Assembly: GCF_006345805.1 (NCBI RefSeq)
Contig: NC_043009.1
Span: 40,052,001 to 40,116,000, forward strand
Origin: Octopus sinensis
Taxonomy: Eukaryota
Direction: 5' to 3'
DNA length: 64,000 bases
Shown: positions 23,810 to 38,060 of the stretch, piece after piece
Numbering within the stretch: position 1 is the stretch's first letter
How the letters are laid out: the number at the start of each line of letters is the position of its first letter
Position numbers and translations under genes: made by a program
Notes under the pieces: generated by a model
Seen by the model: only the letters and a program-made list of their open reading frames with translations
Told to the model about the DNA's origin: nothing
Databases searched by the model: none

Positions 23810-23896
23810 TATATATATATAATACGTGTGTGTGTGTGAGTTTGTGTGTGTGTGCGTATGTGTATAAGTATAGAGTCACTAAAATGACAGAGGGTA
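23708..23896. repeat. Perfect 68-bp inverted repeat around a microsatellite loop
   Basis: taccctctgtcattttagtgactctatacttatacacatacgcacacacacacaaactcacacacaca at 23708-23775, with its exact reverse complement at 23829-23896. Confidence 0.95.
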
Positions 23897-24304
23897 CATG
23901 CATATATATATATATATATATGCATACATATTTGCATAATGCGTGTATGTATGTATTTTGTTTTTATGGTATAACGTAAATATACCCAACACAATGTGTT
24001 TTAAACTTGTGTAGAGTCTCTTATATGTTTATTTATATGAACACAGTATAATTTTTTTTTAATGATTGGCATAGTAATTAAGTGCACTCTCTGCATTTTC
24101 AAATCATTGCTTCATCACTGAATTCATCATTCATTTACTATGTAAGGAGAATTATATTTGAAATTCTTGTGAAAGAAGCTAGCGATACCCCTATTGTTCT
24201 ATATTAGTTCACTTATTTTTCTACCCTTAGAAATGCAGAAGTATGGTTACTGATGTAAAACCTAGCTGAGAGAATTCAGATTAATTCTTAAAACAGTAAA
24301 TATC

Positions 24305-24381
24305 ACATCTGTGTCTTAATTGCCAAACATACTTGGAAAGTACATCTGTGTCTTAATTGCCAAACATACTTGGAAAGTACA
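24305..24381. repeat. 37-bp perfect tandem duplication
   Basis: acatctgtgtcttaattgccaaacatacttggaaagt occurs twice in tandem. Confidence 0.95.
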
Positions 24382-26889
24382 GCGGTGTTTTCTCTGTATG
24401 AACCACTATGCTTGTGCAGATGGATTTTGAATATGTACTATATAAGGGATATGGACATCGATGATATATTGACAATGGAGACATCGACAAGGTTATACAA
24501 TTCCTTTTTTCTAGGGATTTCACCAAGACTACATTCTCTGGTAATTGCATATCGGATCTTCTCACTTCACGTTTGTTTGCGATATGTTTATACCAGAATT
24601 AGTACATAGAATCACGAAACAAAATGCCCTAAAGCACGCTCTTTCACACACAATTAATATTGAGTAAAAGGCAATAAATTTATCCTCTGGCGATGAGAAA
24701 GAAACAGACCTCTATCACGATCGGTAACATAGACGTGCATCTGTATGTACGAGTCCCCTTTTTTGTGTTCTGCCTCTATGCTTATGTGTTGTATGTGTTT
24801 TCTTTCTCTATGTTAGTCACATTTGGCAGATGTTCTACTTCACGTTCAAACAAACACACATATGAGTGTGTGTGTGTGTGTGTGTGTATGTCTGTGTGTA
24901 TGTCAGTGTGTCCGTGTCCGGGAGGGGGTTTGTATGTATGCCTGTGTGTATATATTTAGTGACAGTACAGTGCCAATCTCAAAGCCATTATACTCCGACC
25001 GTTAGTAATAAGCTATCAACTAATCTTTCCTATACATTCTAATGGGAGTTATAATCAATAAGCTTAACAACATAGGTCAGAACCACTTTATTTGTTTTGC
25101 CTCGGAAAATTATAGCTGAAACATCACAGACCTAAACAAATATCACCAAAATGAAGGACTGCCAACATATTAACTCCAAATTAAGCTCATCGATAAAACA
25201 GACACTAATGTCTCCGATAAGAATTCAATCTCTGTTTCTGGTTTTATTCTTTTAAATTTTTTTTCTGTTGTTTATTTTCTTTCCCTTGAAATTGTCGCCA
25301 CATGATTACATTTGTAATAGAAATGAAAATATTTCTGGGACCAAATCGAAAGTATTGATTCTATATATTGGCATGATTGTAGTACGAGCTTAGGCTTATT
25401 GAATCAATTCGGTATATCAGTAGTAGTTGATTAGTAATCATGGCAGGAGATTAGCAGAGTCGGTTGAGTGTTGAACGGAATGCCTCACGGGATATATTGG
25501 TGATTCTTTGAACTTTGAGTTCAAATTTCGCCGGGGTCAACCTCTCTGTCTTTCATCATTTCGCAGTCAATGAAAATAAGAAACTATCCAGAACAGTATC
25601 ATTGAAAATTTGACTCGATGTCTTGCGGTATTTGTTTTGAATTTTGCATCACGAGTTCAAGTAGCAGTATGGTCTACTTGGGTAGTAGACTTAATCCTTC
25701 ATCTGGTACTTTTGGTAGTTTAAGTGGCATCCACTTTGTTGTAAGTATCAGGGCCAAGTCTCTGGTTTAGGGATATCTTCCGCCTATACTATTCTCAATA
25801 TCGGTGACCTGTGAAGGCTCATCAGTGCTGACTTCCGACTAAAAAATAAAAATAATAAGGTTTAAATCTGAGCAAACAGAAAAGATGGTTACCTTCCTTA
25901 TGGAAATTTGAAATCAGAATATAAAGGTATTGAACTGGAATCAACAAACATTTACTCCAGAGCACTAAAGCTTTCTGTGGTTCAATTGACTTTTTGCTCA
26001 GAAATATTAGGTATGTTGATTGGTTAAAATAATAGAGGTTTCAAGATACAGCTCACAGATGCTCTGAGATACTTTTCTGTAGTCTTAGATTATTTTTGAG
26101 TCTTTCAACATCAGAAACCCTCGCCCAGTCGATTCAGCTAGAATTGATCAAGTATCAGTTTGCACTTCAATAGCAGCGAAGAACCGGTCAGCTTTTTTCG
26201 TAACGAAATAGTGGCCTGTTCTTGAGCTTCAATGGTGGAATTTATTTCCCCATTCTTCTTTGCTACTCCAGTCAGTGAAAGAACCGAAAGAGATAAACTG
26301 TAATGGCACAATGATGACTTCAAAATAACATTTTTATATTCCTTGAAAATCGCAACAGGCATGCGCAGAATCAAAGGCATGTGGTACATGAATTCTTGGC
26401 ATAGCATTAGAGCACTAATTTAGTGCTGCATCGTTGGTAGCATCAAAGTACTGGGGTTCTAGTCTGGCTATAGTACTTCCAAAAATATCTTCATAATTGT
26501 GTATTGAGTCCTTTAGATGTTAAGTCGATGACCTAATTTCAAGGAACTGTACCTAACAAATACCAGTCGTGTTGAATAATTCAGATTCTGTTCGAAGGTG
26601 AGAATTATGATACATTTATCAACATTGGAAACTGAATTCTGGTATAATAACAAACATTTTTGTAATACAGATTTGGGTATTAATGCCAATAAGAATAGTT
26701 TGTCCATCGATCTCATAATTCATATATTTACATAATAAAAAATAACTTATTTTACCGATGAAAAATATTCTTGATTTGCTCCGCAAAACTTTAACAAGGA
26801 GAGGTTTATGTTCAATAAACCAGAATTTATATTTTTTATTCGCTTGTATCTACCAATGAGATTTAAATTAAAAATCTAGTACACTTCTA

Positions 26890-27028
26890 AAACACTACAC
26901 ACACAAACACACGCAGGCACACACACTCACACACACACTCACACACAAATGTATATACATGTATATATATATATAGGTATGGATATGTGTGTATACATAT
27001 ACGCATATATGTATATATATCTACATAT

Positions 27029-27108
<80 letters not shown>

Positions 27109-27170
27109 CACACACACATATATGTAGATATATACACACATATACACATGAATATACATATGTATGTGTA
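26890..27170. repeat. (CA)n/(TA)n microsatellite
   Basis: Direct reading. Confidence 0.95.
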
Positions 27171-28914
27171 TGTATATTCCATAAACTATTAACTACCTTC
27201 CCGATATGTAATGCTATCACCAGACAAACACTGATATACTCTGTAAGCTATCACTCGAGTGATTCATGTAACACTATCAAATATCATCTGGTGCATATTT
27301 TTATACTTTGCTGAAACTATCACACAAAATATATGGACGAACACAAAGGTTTCGTGTGATCGATGTAATGTGCAACGGAGTGTAGAGGACATAAGCTTCT
27401 GGCGTGTAAAATCGATTCTCGGATTATAACTTTAATGCCTTTGAAAAGGGTATGAAGGTCACAAAATCGCATTCTCATCTCTTAAAATATGTGGCATTTT
27501 GTCTACATAAGATATCATAAATATGTCTTTTTTCTTTTTTTGCTTGCTTTTTTTTTAATAAATTTATGATTAACTAATGTACTTAGTGTATATTCCATAC
27601 ATACCGAGACAAGCTCAAGTGATGAGTCTCATTTGTTAAACATAATTATTCTATATGTTTAGTTTGGGTTTGACTTCTTGCCATGCACTATTTTGGGTCC
27701 TTGAGTCTATCTGTCATCCGGATTAACACCATTCTTTTGCCCTATAGACTCATTACCGAAATCCACTTACATGCAAGCATTCAGTTTAACCCTAATTTCT
27801 GGCGATATCTTCTCCGCATTATTCTTGAAGCCATTGAAAAATTGTATGGCTTCTACTCTGTATTTCCTTACTAAAACATCGGGAAACAAATTCAGATTCA
27901 TTGAACGTGTGCGTATTTACTCGATTTATATCCGAAATGAAAATCTAAACCTTTTTAGAGTATTGCCCCAATCAATCACTACTATTAGTCAAATACTCTT
28001 CATGTCCCTTGGAACATTTTCGCATGCGTCAATGTAAATTTTTTAATATCTGTTTCTGATTTAGGCATAAAGCTAGTAGTTTCAGACCGAAACAAATGCT
28101 GCAAAGCACTTCTTTCGATGTTCTAACAAGTCTGCCAAGCCATTGCTCTATACTTTGAAATAATTTTAAACGAAAAAACTAAAAAACTAAGGAGTTTTAT
28201 TACTTATAATCTAGCAGTAATAAGCTAACTGTTTTAAAAGCCAACTCTGTGGGGAGCATCCGTGGTTAAACAACAGTCTAGAAATAGAAGCCAAATGTCC
28301 TTTAAATCATACTCAACCATTTTAAATGATAACGTGTTTGATAATTAGTCACTGTTTATGCAAAAAGACAGTGCTATCTTGCCTGCAACGTATTTGATCC
28401 TCTGCAATATATTTTGCTCCTTGGCATTTTTCAGAGGGGAACGTAGTACTTATGACCCTTCCGAATATGAAGGAAGAAGAAAAGTATCCTCAAGTCAGAA
28501 ACCTAACCTGAATGCTAACAAGAGAGTGAACCCTGCTAAAAGTACAGAAGGTACTATGTCTAATTAAGTCTACAATGAAGCTGATCTGAACTCACATCGC
28601 AAAGATCCAGAATTAATATTGCAAGGAAAACAAATTTACGTTCATACAGTTCGGTTAATCCATCCTCCTACACTAGTATATTATCTCAACCACGCAAAGA
28701 TGAAATGTAAATTTGAGCCAGGGAATTTTGAACTTGAAGCGTAGAACCATGTAACAAATGCAAAGGCATTTTATCCGATGTTTTTACGACTCTACCAATT
28801 CGCTGCTAGTTGTTCGCGATCAACATTAAACAACAAAAGCAACAACTTATATGTTTGCCTTTAAAGAATTGTTATATTTCGGTACGCCAAAATATAAGTC
28901 ACTACAGGGAGCAG

Positions 28915-28961
28915 CAGATATACATACATATATACATATATACATACACGCACACACATAT

Positions 28962-29001
<40 letters not shown>

Positions 29002-29066
29002 GTATATATATGTATATATATATATATCTATATATATATGTATGTATATGTATTTATATATGTATG

Positions 29067-29108
<42 letters not shown>

Positions 29109-29112
29109 ATGC

Positions 29113-29148
<36 letters not shown>

Positions 29149-29278
29149 TTATATACATATATATATATATGTGTGTGTGTATTTATATACATATATATAT
29201 ATATACACACACACACACATATATAAATTGAAATATATATATATATATGTGTGTATTTATATGCATATATATGTATAT

Positions 29279-29337
<59 letters not shown>

Positions 29338-29340
29338 TGA
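28915..29340. repeat. Long interrupted (TA)n microsatellite
   Basis: Direct reading. Similar tracts lie at 29720-29960, 30195-30345, 35010-35270, 49770-49875, 50075-50270, 50550-50790 and 57700-57855. Confidence 0.95.
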
Positions 29341-29735
29341 ATTTTATTGAAAGAATTAGGGTATAAATAGTTCAAATAAAACTCTTTTGAATTTAGGGGA
29401 ATTTTTTTTTAAACTTTAATATTTATTTCCATGCTTGTAAATTTATATGCATATGTTTACATTCACATGGATTTGCATAATTTAATTTGCACAAATATTC
29501 ATCTTGGAATTAATATTTATGCATTTGTATGGTTTCTATGAAAATGTGAATGATGTAATATGCACGTTTTCACTTGCATATACATCACAAAACACACTGA
29601 TGCGATTAAAGGTGATAAAAGAAGGAAACAAATTTTGGAATATATCTAATGTAAATATATGATGTAAGATCTTTTTTAAAAAATTAGACAGACACACATT
29701 TCTGTACATATATACGTAGATATATGTATGTATGT

Positions 29736-29798
<63 letters not shown>

Positions 29799-30193
29799 TG
29801 TGTGTGTGTGTATGTATATATATATACATATATATTTCATATATATATATAATATATATATATACATATATTTGTATATATATATATATATATATATATC
29901 TATATATATATATATATATATACTTATATTTATATATTTATATGTATATATATATGTTTGTATGTTTTCCATAAATAATAAATAGGATTCATGGCTTTAG
30001 CAATCTGATATTTTTCAGGGCGCCAAAATCACTACAGGTCTGGTAACAGTAAGATATAAAGACATTCCGACACGTAAGGTAAACCAATTATGTTAAATCT
30101 AATGAAATTAAAGGCAAAGAAGTGTTCACTGAATAAATAGCGATTCATGATGATAGAAGGAATAACGTATTTCAGCCTGCTATCTACGTATCT

Positions 30194-30330
<137 letters not shown>

Positions 30331-30540
30331 GTATATATATATATATGGCGGGGTACGTGTTGATGGATGTGCGATTGTAGGTATTTATATGTATAAAAGT
30401 ATCGAATTGAAGTAATTTTCATTGTAGTGTCTGCAGTCCTCTTCAGTTCCACGTGCACTCTTCACACCGCACACTTCTTTTTCGGTCGGAAAGGTGTCCG
30501 TTTCTTCACTTATAATTACTTCCTTTTCTCACATAAATAT

Positions 30541-30779
30541 GGATTCCAAACTTTGGCACAAGGCCAACAGTTTGGAACGAGGGGGAGAAGTCGATTACAT
30601 TGTCCCCCACCACACATACGCACACACAGCGCTCAACTGGTACTTCTGTTTATATCGACCCCGAAAAGTTGAAAGGCAAACTCGACCTCAGCAGTATTTG
30701 AACTTGGAGCACAAAGACCGACGAGATGCTACTAAGCATTTTCCCAGGCATGCTAACAATTCCACCAGCTCACAGCCTT
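30541..30779 (-). mobile_element. SINE family A-related copy
   Basis: ttggcacaaggcc..gtcgattacat..tcgaccccgaaaagttgaaaggcaaactcgacctcagcagtatttgaact..gcatgctaacaattccaccagctc. Confidence 0.8.
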
Positions 30780-32462
30780 TATTGTGAAGAATATTAAACT
30801 TTTACGTGCCCAAAAATATTAATATAAATCATAACGAGGCAGCGAATTGACTGATTCATTAGAACCTCGGTAGGAATGTTGTGGTAATCCTAAATCTTTG
30901 AACTCTGAGATCGAAACCTATGGAGAGCAAATTTGCCATTCAGCCATTCGTACCATTTGAGGATGATAGATTTGTGGAATAGTAAGAATGTTGGACGGGA
31001 TACTTTGCAGTATATTATCTGGATGCCTGCGCTTTGTGTCAGATTCTGCCTGGGTATATAAAAAACCTTAAAAGACACACTCGCACCCTCGCCGATCGAG
31101 AGGGTTAGCATGATGAATAAATGAAAATTCTTGAAATATAGGTCAGCACCAAATAAATAGTAGAGTGCGAGGGTCTCCTCTAGCTGTGGAGACATATGTT
31201 CTAATAAAGGAATATTAGATTTTTAATGAACAGATGTTAAATCCACTTATCAAGATCCGTTTAATATTACTATCCTAACGAAATCAATTTAAGCATAAAA
31301 CCTTCAGTGAAATATTATGTAGCCATTTGGTGATTAATTCTGAAGTATAAAACATTAAAAGACATACATCCTCAGCTATATTTCTTTTCATTTGATTCAG
31401 CATTCTTATTTTGTGCCGATCATAAATTAATGATTTATTTTTCAGAGTTGATAGTATTTATCTTTTTGAAATTTGTGAGTTCCAAGTTAAATTACACTAT
31501 CTAAGGTTTCGTTTCATTAATTAACATAGATGATTAGTTGACTCGATTTTGGTAATTCTTTTTGTTGGTCCATAAAATTTATTTTGTCAACTAGTCGCCC
31601 ATGAAGATTATTATAACCCGACAAATTGAGGTCTTGGTCTTTGCCATTAAATTCAATAATATTACTAGGAGGGACAAACTATTGGAGATACCTCATAGAA
31701 AAATGGTTTTATCGGCAAATATTATGAAGCATCAAGGAAATAATAATTCAACAATTGACAACACTCATAATCTAATAAGCAAAGTAATAGCTGGAATATG
31801 TCATATTCCTTTGATTAACGAGGTGTTATTTTTCTCTTTATCTGGTTGAATTTAAATATAATTTTCAAGAAAATTCCATTGTAAGAATGCTATTGTTTAC
31901 GCCATAAAATCTTAGAGTTGTCAAAAAGATGCAAGAAATACGAAAAGAAAATGAAATAACGCAAGAAGCGAATGAATATGCTAGAACCTTCTGTTTATTA
32001 CTGGCAAGAAGCGGTCATGTTAGATGGGGGGAAATATGTTTAAAACACAAGGAATGCAAAACGTTATCAAAGCTGTATACAGAACATGATGGCTTGCTAT
32101 AAAACTTTGATCTGCCAACGATATTTTATAGGATAAGCAGAAAATGGTCTTAAAAAGATTTTATGATATCTAAAAGGGATACTAACATTCTAGTAAACAA
32201 TTTATGGCTAAAGGAAAACTCATAGATAGAAGCCCTTGTGTTACGGCATTATCTCCGAATCAGCTTATTGATATTCGAAAAGATTAAAGAAAATTGGTTC
32301 ATTCAATTCTTTTATGCTTGCATTATACATACATTCTATAAGCAAGCATCTAGCGAGAAGGAGAAAAGCAAACGTAAGAAGAAGGAAAGAAAAGGCAAGA
32401 ACGGAGAAGAGTTTCGGCAAATGTGATTTGGCAATTGTGCGTGCGTGCTTGTGTGTGTGTGC

Positions 32463-32499
<37 letters not shown>

Positions 32500-32506
32500 G
32501 TGTGTG

Positions 32507-32539
<33 letters not shown>

Positions 32540-33063
32540 TGTATGTGTTGTAACCAAGTAATTCTATGCTATCAAAGAACTACAAGGGGGTTTTGACGTT
32601 TTGAAATCGAATTCTCTTAAAATTGCGTATTGGTCGGTAGTTGGGACTTGTTCTTAATTTATTGGTCAGTCAATACCACTCGTCGATTTATCAGGAAAGG
32701 ATCTGAGGGAGCATAACGCAGGAACCTGTAAGATATCTGCTTTTATTCCTCACTTCAACTCATCCGATTGAAGTTTTAGGATACCCTTTTACTTGATTCT
32801 GTTACTAGACTACGGCCATGCTAGAGTACCGCGTTATAGGCTGACTCGAAAAGAAAACAACAGACCCCAATGTTTGCTTTATCCCTGCTTCTTATTCTAA
32901 GACTCTCTTTTGCCGAAGAGGTAAATTATTGTGATTTAAACAAACCAACACCGATTTCCACGCGTTGTTAGGATATACACATTCACTCGCACAAACACAC
33001 ACATATACTATACATATAATATATTTATATATGCATGCATACATACATATGTGCACACACACA

Positions 33064-33283
33064 CATGAAGATGTGCTGAAAAGTTCTTGGCTTTGGGTAA
33101 AAGAAAATGCAAGAGGATCAGTTAATTATGATTTTATTCAACATATTCTCCTCCCAGATTCACACACTTATTGCAGCGTCCTTCAGTTTTTCCAAGCCCT
33201 GTAAAATAATTCGGAAGTTTGGTCCTCCAACCAGGCCTTTTGCGATAACCTTAAAGTCAAGAACTTTCCAACACCCTCTCGTA
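33064..33283. mobile_element. Mariner-derived MITE (~220 bp)
   Basis: TIRs catgaagatgtgctgaaaagttcttggcttt and aaagtcaagaactttccaacaccctctcgta, with TA at the right end. Confidence 0.75.
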
Positions 33284-33458
33284 TATGCGTGTAATATATA
33301 TATATACACATACATAAATATATATATATATGTGTGTGTGTGTGTGTATATATGTATACACACACACACACACACACACACAACACACACACACACTTCG
33401 AGCCGATCAAAGCCTCTGAGTGGATCTTGTAGACGGAAATTGAAAGAAATCCATCGTA

Positions 33459-33489
<31 letters not shown>

Positions 33490-33492
<3 letters not shown>

Positions 33493-33660
33493 ATACAAAA
33501 ATGGGACAAGAATGCAAAACATTGGAGAGTTAGGCGATACAAAAAAGGGGCAACAAATTATCCAGACAGACGATTCAAAGAAAACAAGGACGGGCCACTC
33601 GGAGTTTTCTCTGTCTCAGTCGAGCTCCAGATTAAGATTATCTTTGCAATTTCGGCTGAT

Positions 33661-33734
<74 letters not shown>

Positions 33735-33935
33735 TAAAGTTAATCCATAAAATAAAGCACAAAAAAACACAACAACTCGAGGACGTGGAACAAATATAGT
33801 ATTATTGGACGATCAGGAAAGAAGGAGGGTTTAACGTATCGAGCGGAGCTCTTCGTCCGAAACATAGAAGGAAAGATCCAGAGAAAGGAAGACAGAGGAA
33901 AAAAATCGCCAACGGTACACACGCGATCACATACA
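33490..33935 (-). mobile_element. Penelope-type terminal repeat segment carrying a hammerhead motif
   Basis: 33736-33935 is the reverse complement of 47385-47592. It contains a hammerhead-like core and is bounded by (TA)n. The Penelope assignment is inferred from the ribozyme architecture. Confidence 0.65.
33829..33863 (-). ncRNA. Minimal hammerhead ribozyme, core-mutated copy
   Basis: Minus strand gttt-CGGACGA-A-GAGC-tcc-GCTC-GAT-ACGT-T-aaac, with two core changes (CUGA to CGGA, GAAA to GAUA) relative to 47456-47490. Confidence 0.7.
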
Positions 33936-35018
33936 TATGTGTGTGTGTGTGTGTGTGTCTTTGTATCTGTTTTTGTCCCCATATCATCGCTTGACAACTG
34001 ATGCTGGTGTGTTTCGTAACTCAGCGGGTTGGCAAAACAGATCGATAGAATAATTACTAGGCTTAAAAAGAATAAGTCGTGGGGTCGATTTCATCGATGA
34101 TAACATTTTAAGGCGGTGCTAAGAACGACAAGCTTACTCACGGTTTTCGTGAAGTAAACTTCGTTCGCGGAGCATTAGCTTGCTCGGGGTTATAGCAGAG
34201 GTGGAAGATAAATGGTCAAGGTGCCGCGCAGTGGCACCGAACTCGAAAGCAAGTAGTTTCCTCTTAACTTTTTAAGCACACTGTCTAATTTCACAATCTC
34301 ATTTTTATCCAGCCATTCATCGAAATTCCTAAAATAATGAAAAGGCATGTCTTGATTTGGTACTTTGAAAATGTGCGATTCTTAAACAAAGGGACCATAT
34401 AACTTTCTGATTTATTAAACCAAATTGGTATTTATACGTTTTCAAAAGGTCTTCCATTTATATATTCATGTTTGATATTTTCCACAAATCCAGCACCTCT
34501 CTTCCTTTCTTTCATCATCTTTTATTCCATCAACGTTCTTTGATGGAATTTAAGTGCAAACGTGTACATAAATCATGAGAATCATGCAAACGCATATATT
34601 TCAATAGATATTTATGTAAACGAAAATTATGTAAATATGTGTGCATGTAGACATATGCAAATAAACTTACATACATGCAAGTTAAAGAAAAGTCAGGAAT
34701 TTCAGATCACACCTTCATTCATAAGAGTTTTATTTAACAGCTATTTATACTCCCGATTCATTCAATAAAATGTAATTCGCATACACCAACTTCACCGATA
34801 CGACTCTCTTTCCCTCTCCACTGGCACATACGTATATATATATATATATATATATTTATATTATATGCACTTAAATACACACAAGCACGCACACAAACAC
34901 ACACGAGCGTGCACACACACACATACACGCACGCACGTGCACACTCACTCATATACACACACATGTATAGTATGTGTTATTTAAATAAATAATATTCTCA
35001 TACATAGATATGAATATA

Positions 35019-35083
<65 letters not shown>

Positions 35084-35090
35084 ATATATA

Positions 35091-35130
<40 letters not shown>

Positions 35131-35192
35131 AATATATATATATACATATATATATATTCATATATATATATATATTCATATATATAATATAT

Positions 35193-35234
<42 letters not shown>

Positions 35235-35389
35235 TATATATATATATGTATATATATATTCATATATATTATGCATACATACATACATGCATGCATCTAC
35301 ACTCACACATACGTCCATAAACAAGTGTGTAGTCCCGTGTGTGTGTGTATGTCTGCGCACATGTGAATGTGTGTGTTTGTGTATGTGTG

Positions 35390-35425
<36 letters not shown>

Positions 35426-35458
35426 AAAACTTTTCTAAAGTGTTCGATGTAATAGGTC

Positions 35459-35502
35459 GCAGCAGCAGCAGCAGAAGCAGCAGCGGCAGCAGCAGCAGCA
35501 AC
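35459..35502. repeat. (CAG)n trinucleotide tract
   Basis: Direct reading. No flanking ORF or splice sites. Confidence 0.9.
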
Positions 35503-37628
35503 AGTGGAAGCAAAATACCCTTTTTATAAAATGTTACAGTAATCCAACTTCCGGATTACTTGGTGGTATGAATAAACACTATGACTGCATTCATAACATT
35601 TCTCCCATTCAATATCGAATGTTAAATGCGTGGAAACTTCTAGATTACAGCGATAGAATTTTCTTTATCGTTGAGTTCTAGTTGGAATAAAAGCATAGAA
35701 GACGCCGTCTATAGCATCAAAATTACATCAATGTATATAAAAGTTAGTGACTGGAGCGCGTCAAACAGAATTGGAATGAAACATAGCTAGTCAGTAGGTC
35801 AGGTGTTGTAAAATGTATCTACGTTTTGAGTCTATCAGTTAAAACGAGAAAATTTTTGCTGTAACTGATAGTTAAGTATATAGCAGGTGTGAGAAATAAA
35901 TTTGCTGAAGATAGCTTGTGCTTCTGAGATTGTATATATTAATGGGGGTAGAGATATGAGTGAGTAAATTTGGTAACACATCTTAAACAAGATTATGCTG
36001 GAGTTACGACTATTTCATTTAATGTGGTTGTAGCAAATGATGGTGTAATGATGAAAGTCGTGTTGAGTTAGCTGGTTACTTAGAAAACACTTATACTAAA
36101 TTACTACATTTCTTTGTGTGTGTTTTTGAAGTTTAAACTAACACAAGCAGACAAGTTTGTTAGAGTTCAGGTAAACGAGGAAATAAATCGAAGAAAGTAA
36201 AAACGTCTGTATTGAGAAAATAGGTATATTCAGATTTAGATCTGGCCATAATTGAAGAGATGCCTCTGATTATAGTGTCGGAAGTAGAGAAAAAGAATTA
36301 GAAGAAGAAGAAGAAGAAGGTAAAGCTGAGCTTACAGCTAACAGATTTCACATCTCCATTGTAAGTCATCTAAAAGGCATAATTTGATTCGGCTGTATTT
36401 TTGGAAAAGATTTAAGAATGTTCATCTGTGGAAAAATCGTTGAAGTTTAAGCGGAATGTCAGAATAAGTTCAATAATTGGGGATCTGTCTTCAGCTGGCC
36501 TGAAAAGTAGGTTGCTTCAGTAACCAATTATCTGAGATTGATAATCGCTAACAAGAATTTGTATTTTCCGTGTTTATAACCTAATGGCAGATAAGCTGTC
36601 TAATGAAAACAGACTTAGAAAAACATAATAATAGGAATTTGTTGATTTCTTTGTTCTTTGGAGAGAAATTACAAAAATGTGTTGTCTGTCTTGAAAGAGA
36701 ATTCTAGTGATAGACGTTTGATCATATTAACGTAAAACTGATTATTATGATGTTCCGATATTCTCTCAAGCGGTTTTAACAACAGGTAACTTCAAGGAGA
36801 AACTATATCCATTAAGCTAAGATATATATCATACAATAATTAACAGGAAATATGTTGTATGGGATATGACATACAGATTTTCAATAATTATTCCTTTTTA
36901 ATTTTAAATGATAAAGTCGATATCAGCATGAGACTACAAAGCGAGTAAATTTTCAGCATACGTAGTTTGATAAATTGATAGAAAAAAAAGGAAAAAAGAA
37001 AGAAAAAAAAAATCATTTCAAACAGGCATTGAAAAATTGTCCAAGTATCCATTGCAGAAAATTGAAGAAATTGTTTATTATTTCAAATAATCATTATACA
37101 AAAATATTCGAACATTTATTTATTGCTGATTGAGCAATCCTTATCGTCTGCTTTGAACTAATCATATCAGTTGGATTGTTGCCACAAAGAAACAAGGCAA
37201 TACTAGTGATGTCGAGTTATCACCCTTGATTGTCATGTGCGATAACAAGAAACATTGATAACCAGGAACCGATTAACTGTCTATTTTGCGCTATTTTAAC
37301 GTAGTGATTTCGATTTCAGAATTAATAAGCTATATTTGCTGTACTCTGGAAATATCACTATCAGTATTAGCTATAAATCAGTAGAATTGTTGGAAAACGG
37401 TCAAATATTTCTTTTATTCATTCTGACTCGTCAAGTGCTGGGTTCAGTTTCTGCTAAGGTCAGCTTTACCTTTCATCCTTTCGTGGGTCGATATAATAAA
37501 GTACTAATCAAGTACCGAGGCAGATAGTATCCACTAATCCCCTCCCTTAAAAATACTATCTCTGGGCCAAAATTTCAAGCCATTATCAATATCATTAAGA
37601 CGCGAAATGACAGAATCTTTAGTGTGTC

Positions 37629-37820
37629 GGACAAAATTTTTAGAGGCATTTCCTCCGATTCCTTACGTTTTGAGTCCAAATTCTGCCGAGTTTGATTTTG
37701 TCTTTCATACTTTTCGGGTCGATAAGACAAAGTACAAGTCAAATATTGGGGTCGATGTAATCCACTTGTTCTACCCTCAAAATTTCAGAACTTGTACTAA
37801 AATAAGAGAGTTGATTGGCA
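37629..37820 (+). repeat. 192-bp old SINE-derived segment, copy 1 (copy 2 at 38481-38672)
   Basis: About 6 mismatches between the two copies by eye. Confidence 0.93.
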
Positions 37821-37852
37821 GAATCATTGGAAAAATGAAAAAATACTTTTTC

Positions 37853-38060
37853 GTAGGCGCAGGAGTGGCTGTGTGGTAAGTAGCTTGCTTACCAACTACA
37901 TAGTTCCGGGTTCATTCCCACTGTAAAAGAGACCGATAGAATAAGTACTAGGGTTACAAAGAAATAAGTCCTGGGGTCAATTTGTTCGACTAAAGGCGGT
38001 GCTCCAGCATGGCAACAGTCCGATGACTGAAACAAGTAAAAGAGAGTAAAAGAGAAAGAG
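37853..38060 (+). mobile_element. SINE family B, internally deleted
   Basis: The head gcgcaggagtggctgtgtggtaagtagc..cccactg is joined directly to taaaagagaccgatagaataagtac..gaaacaagtaaaagagag. Confidence 0.85.

Larger units (their letters stand above)
33395..34120 (+). mobile_element. SINE family B copy split at its internal microsatellite by a Penelope-type insert
   Basis: 5' part gagccgatcaaagcctctgagtggatcttgtagacggaaattgaaagaaatccatcg(ta)n at 33398-33490. 3' part (tg)n-tttgtcccc..atcgcttgacaac..ggggtcgattt at 33940-34120. Confidence 0.75.

Noticed and set aside
26130-26420. Minus-strand RTGHYF..ADRFFAAIE resembling a DNA-transposase GH..DR.F..IE motif
   Set aside because: It is a single short motif surrounded by stops, and no other catalytic motifs were found.
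31050-31100. tatataaaaa as a TATA box
   Set aside because: Such motifs are common by chance in this AT-rich sequence, and no downstream exon or ORF supports it.
35459-35502. (CAG)n as a polyglutamine exon
   Set aside because: There is no open frame of 60 aa or more and no splice sites around it.
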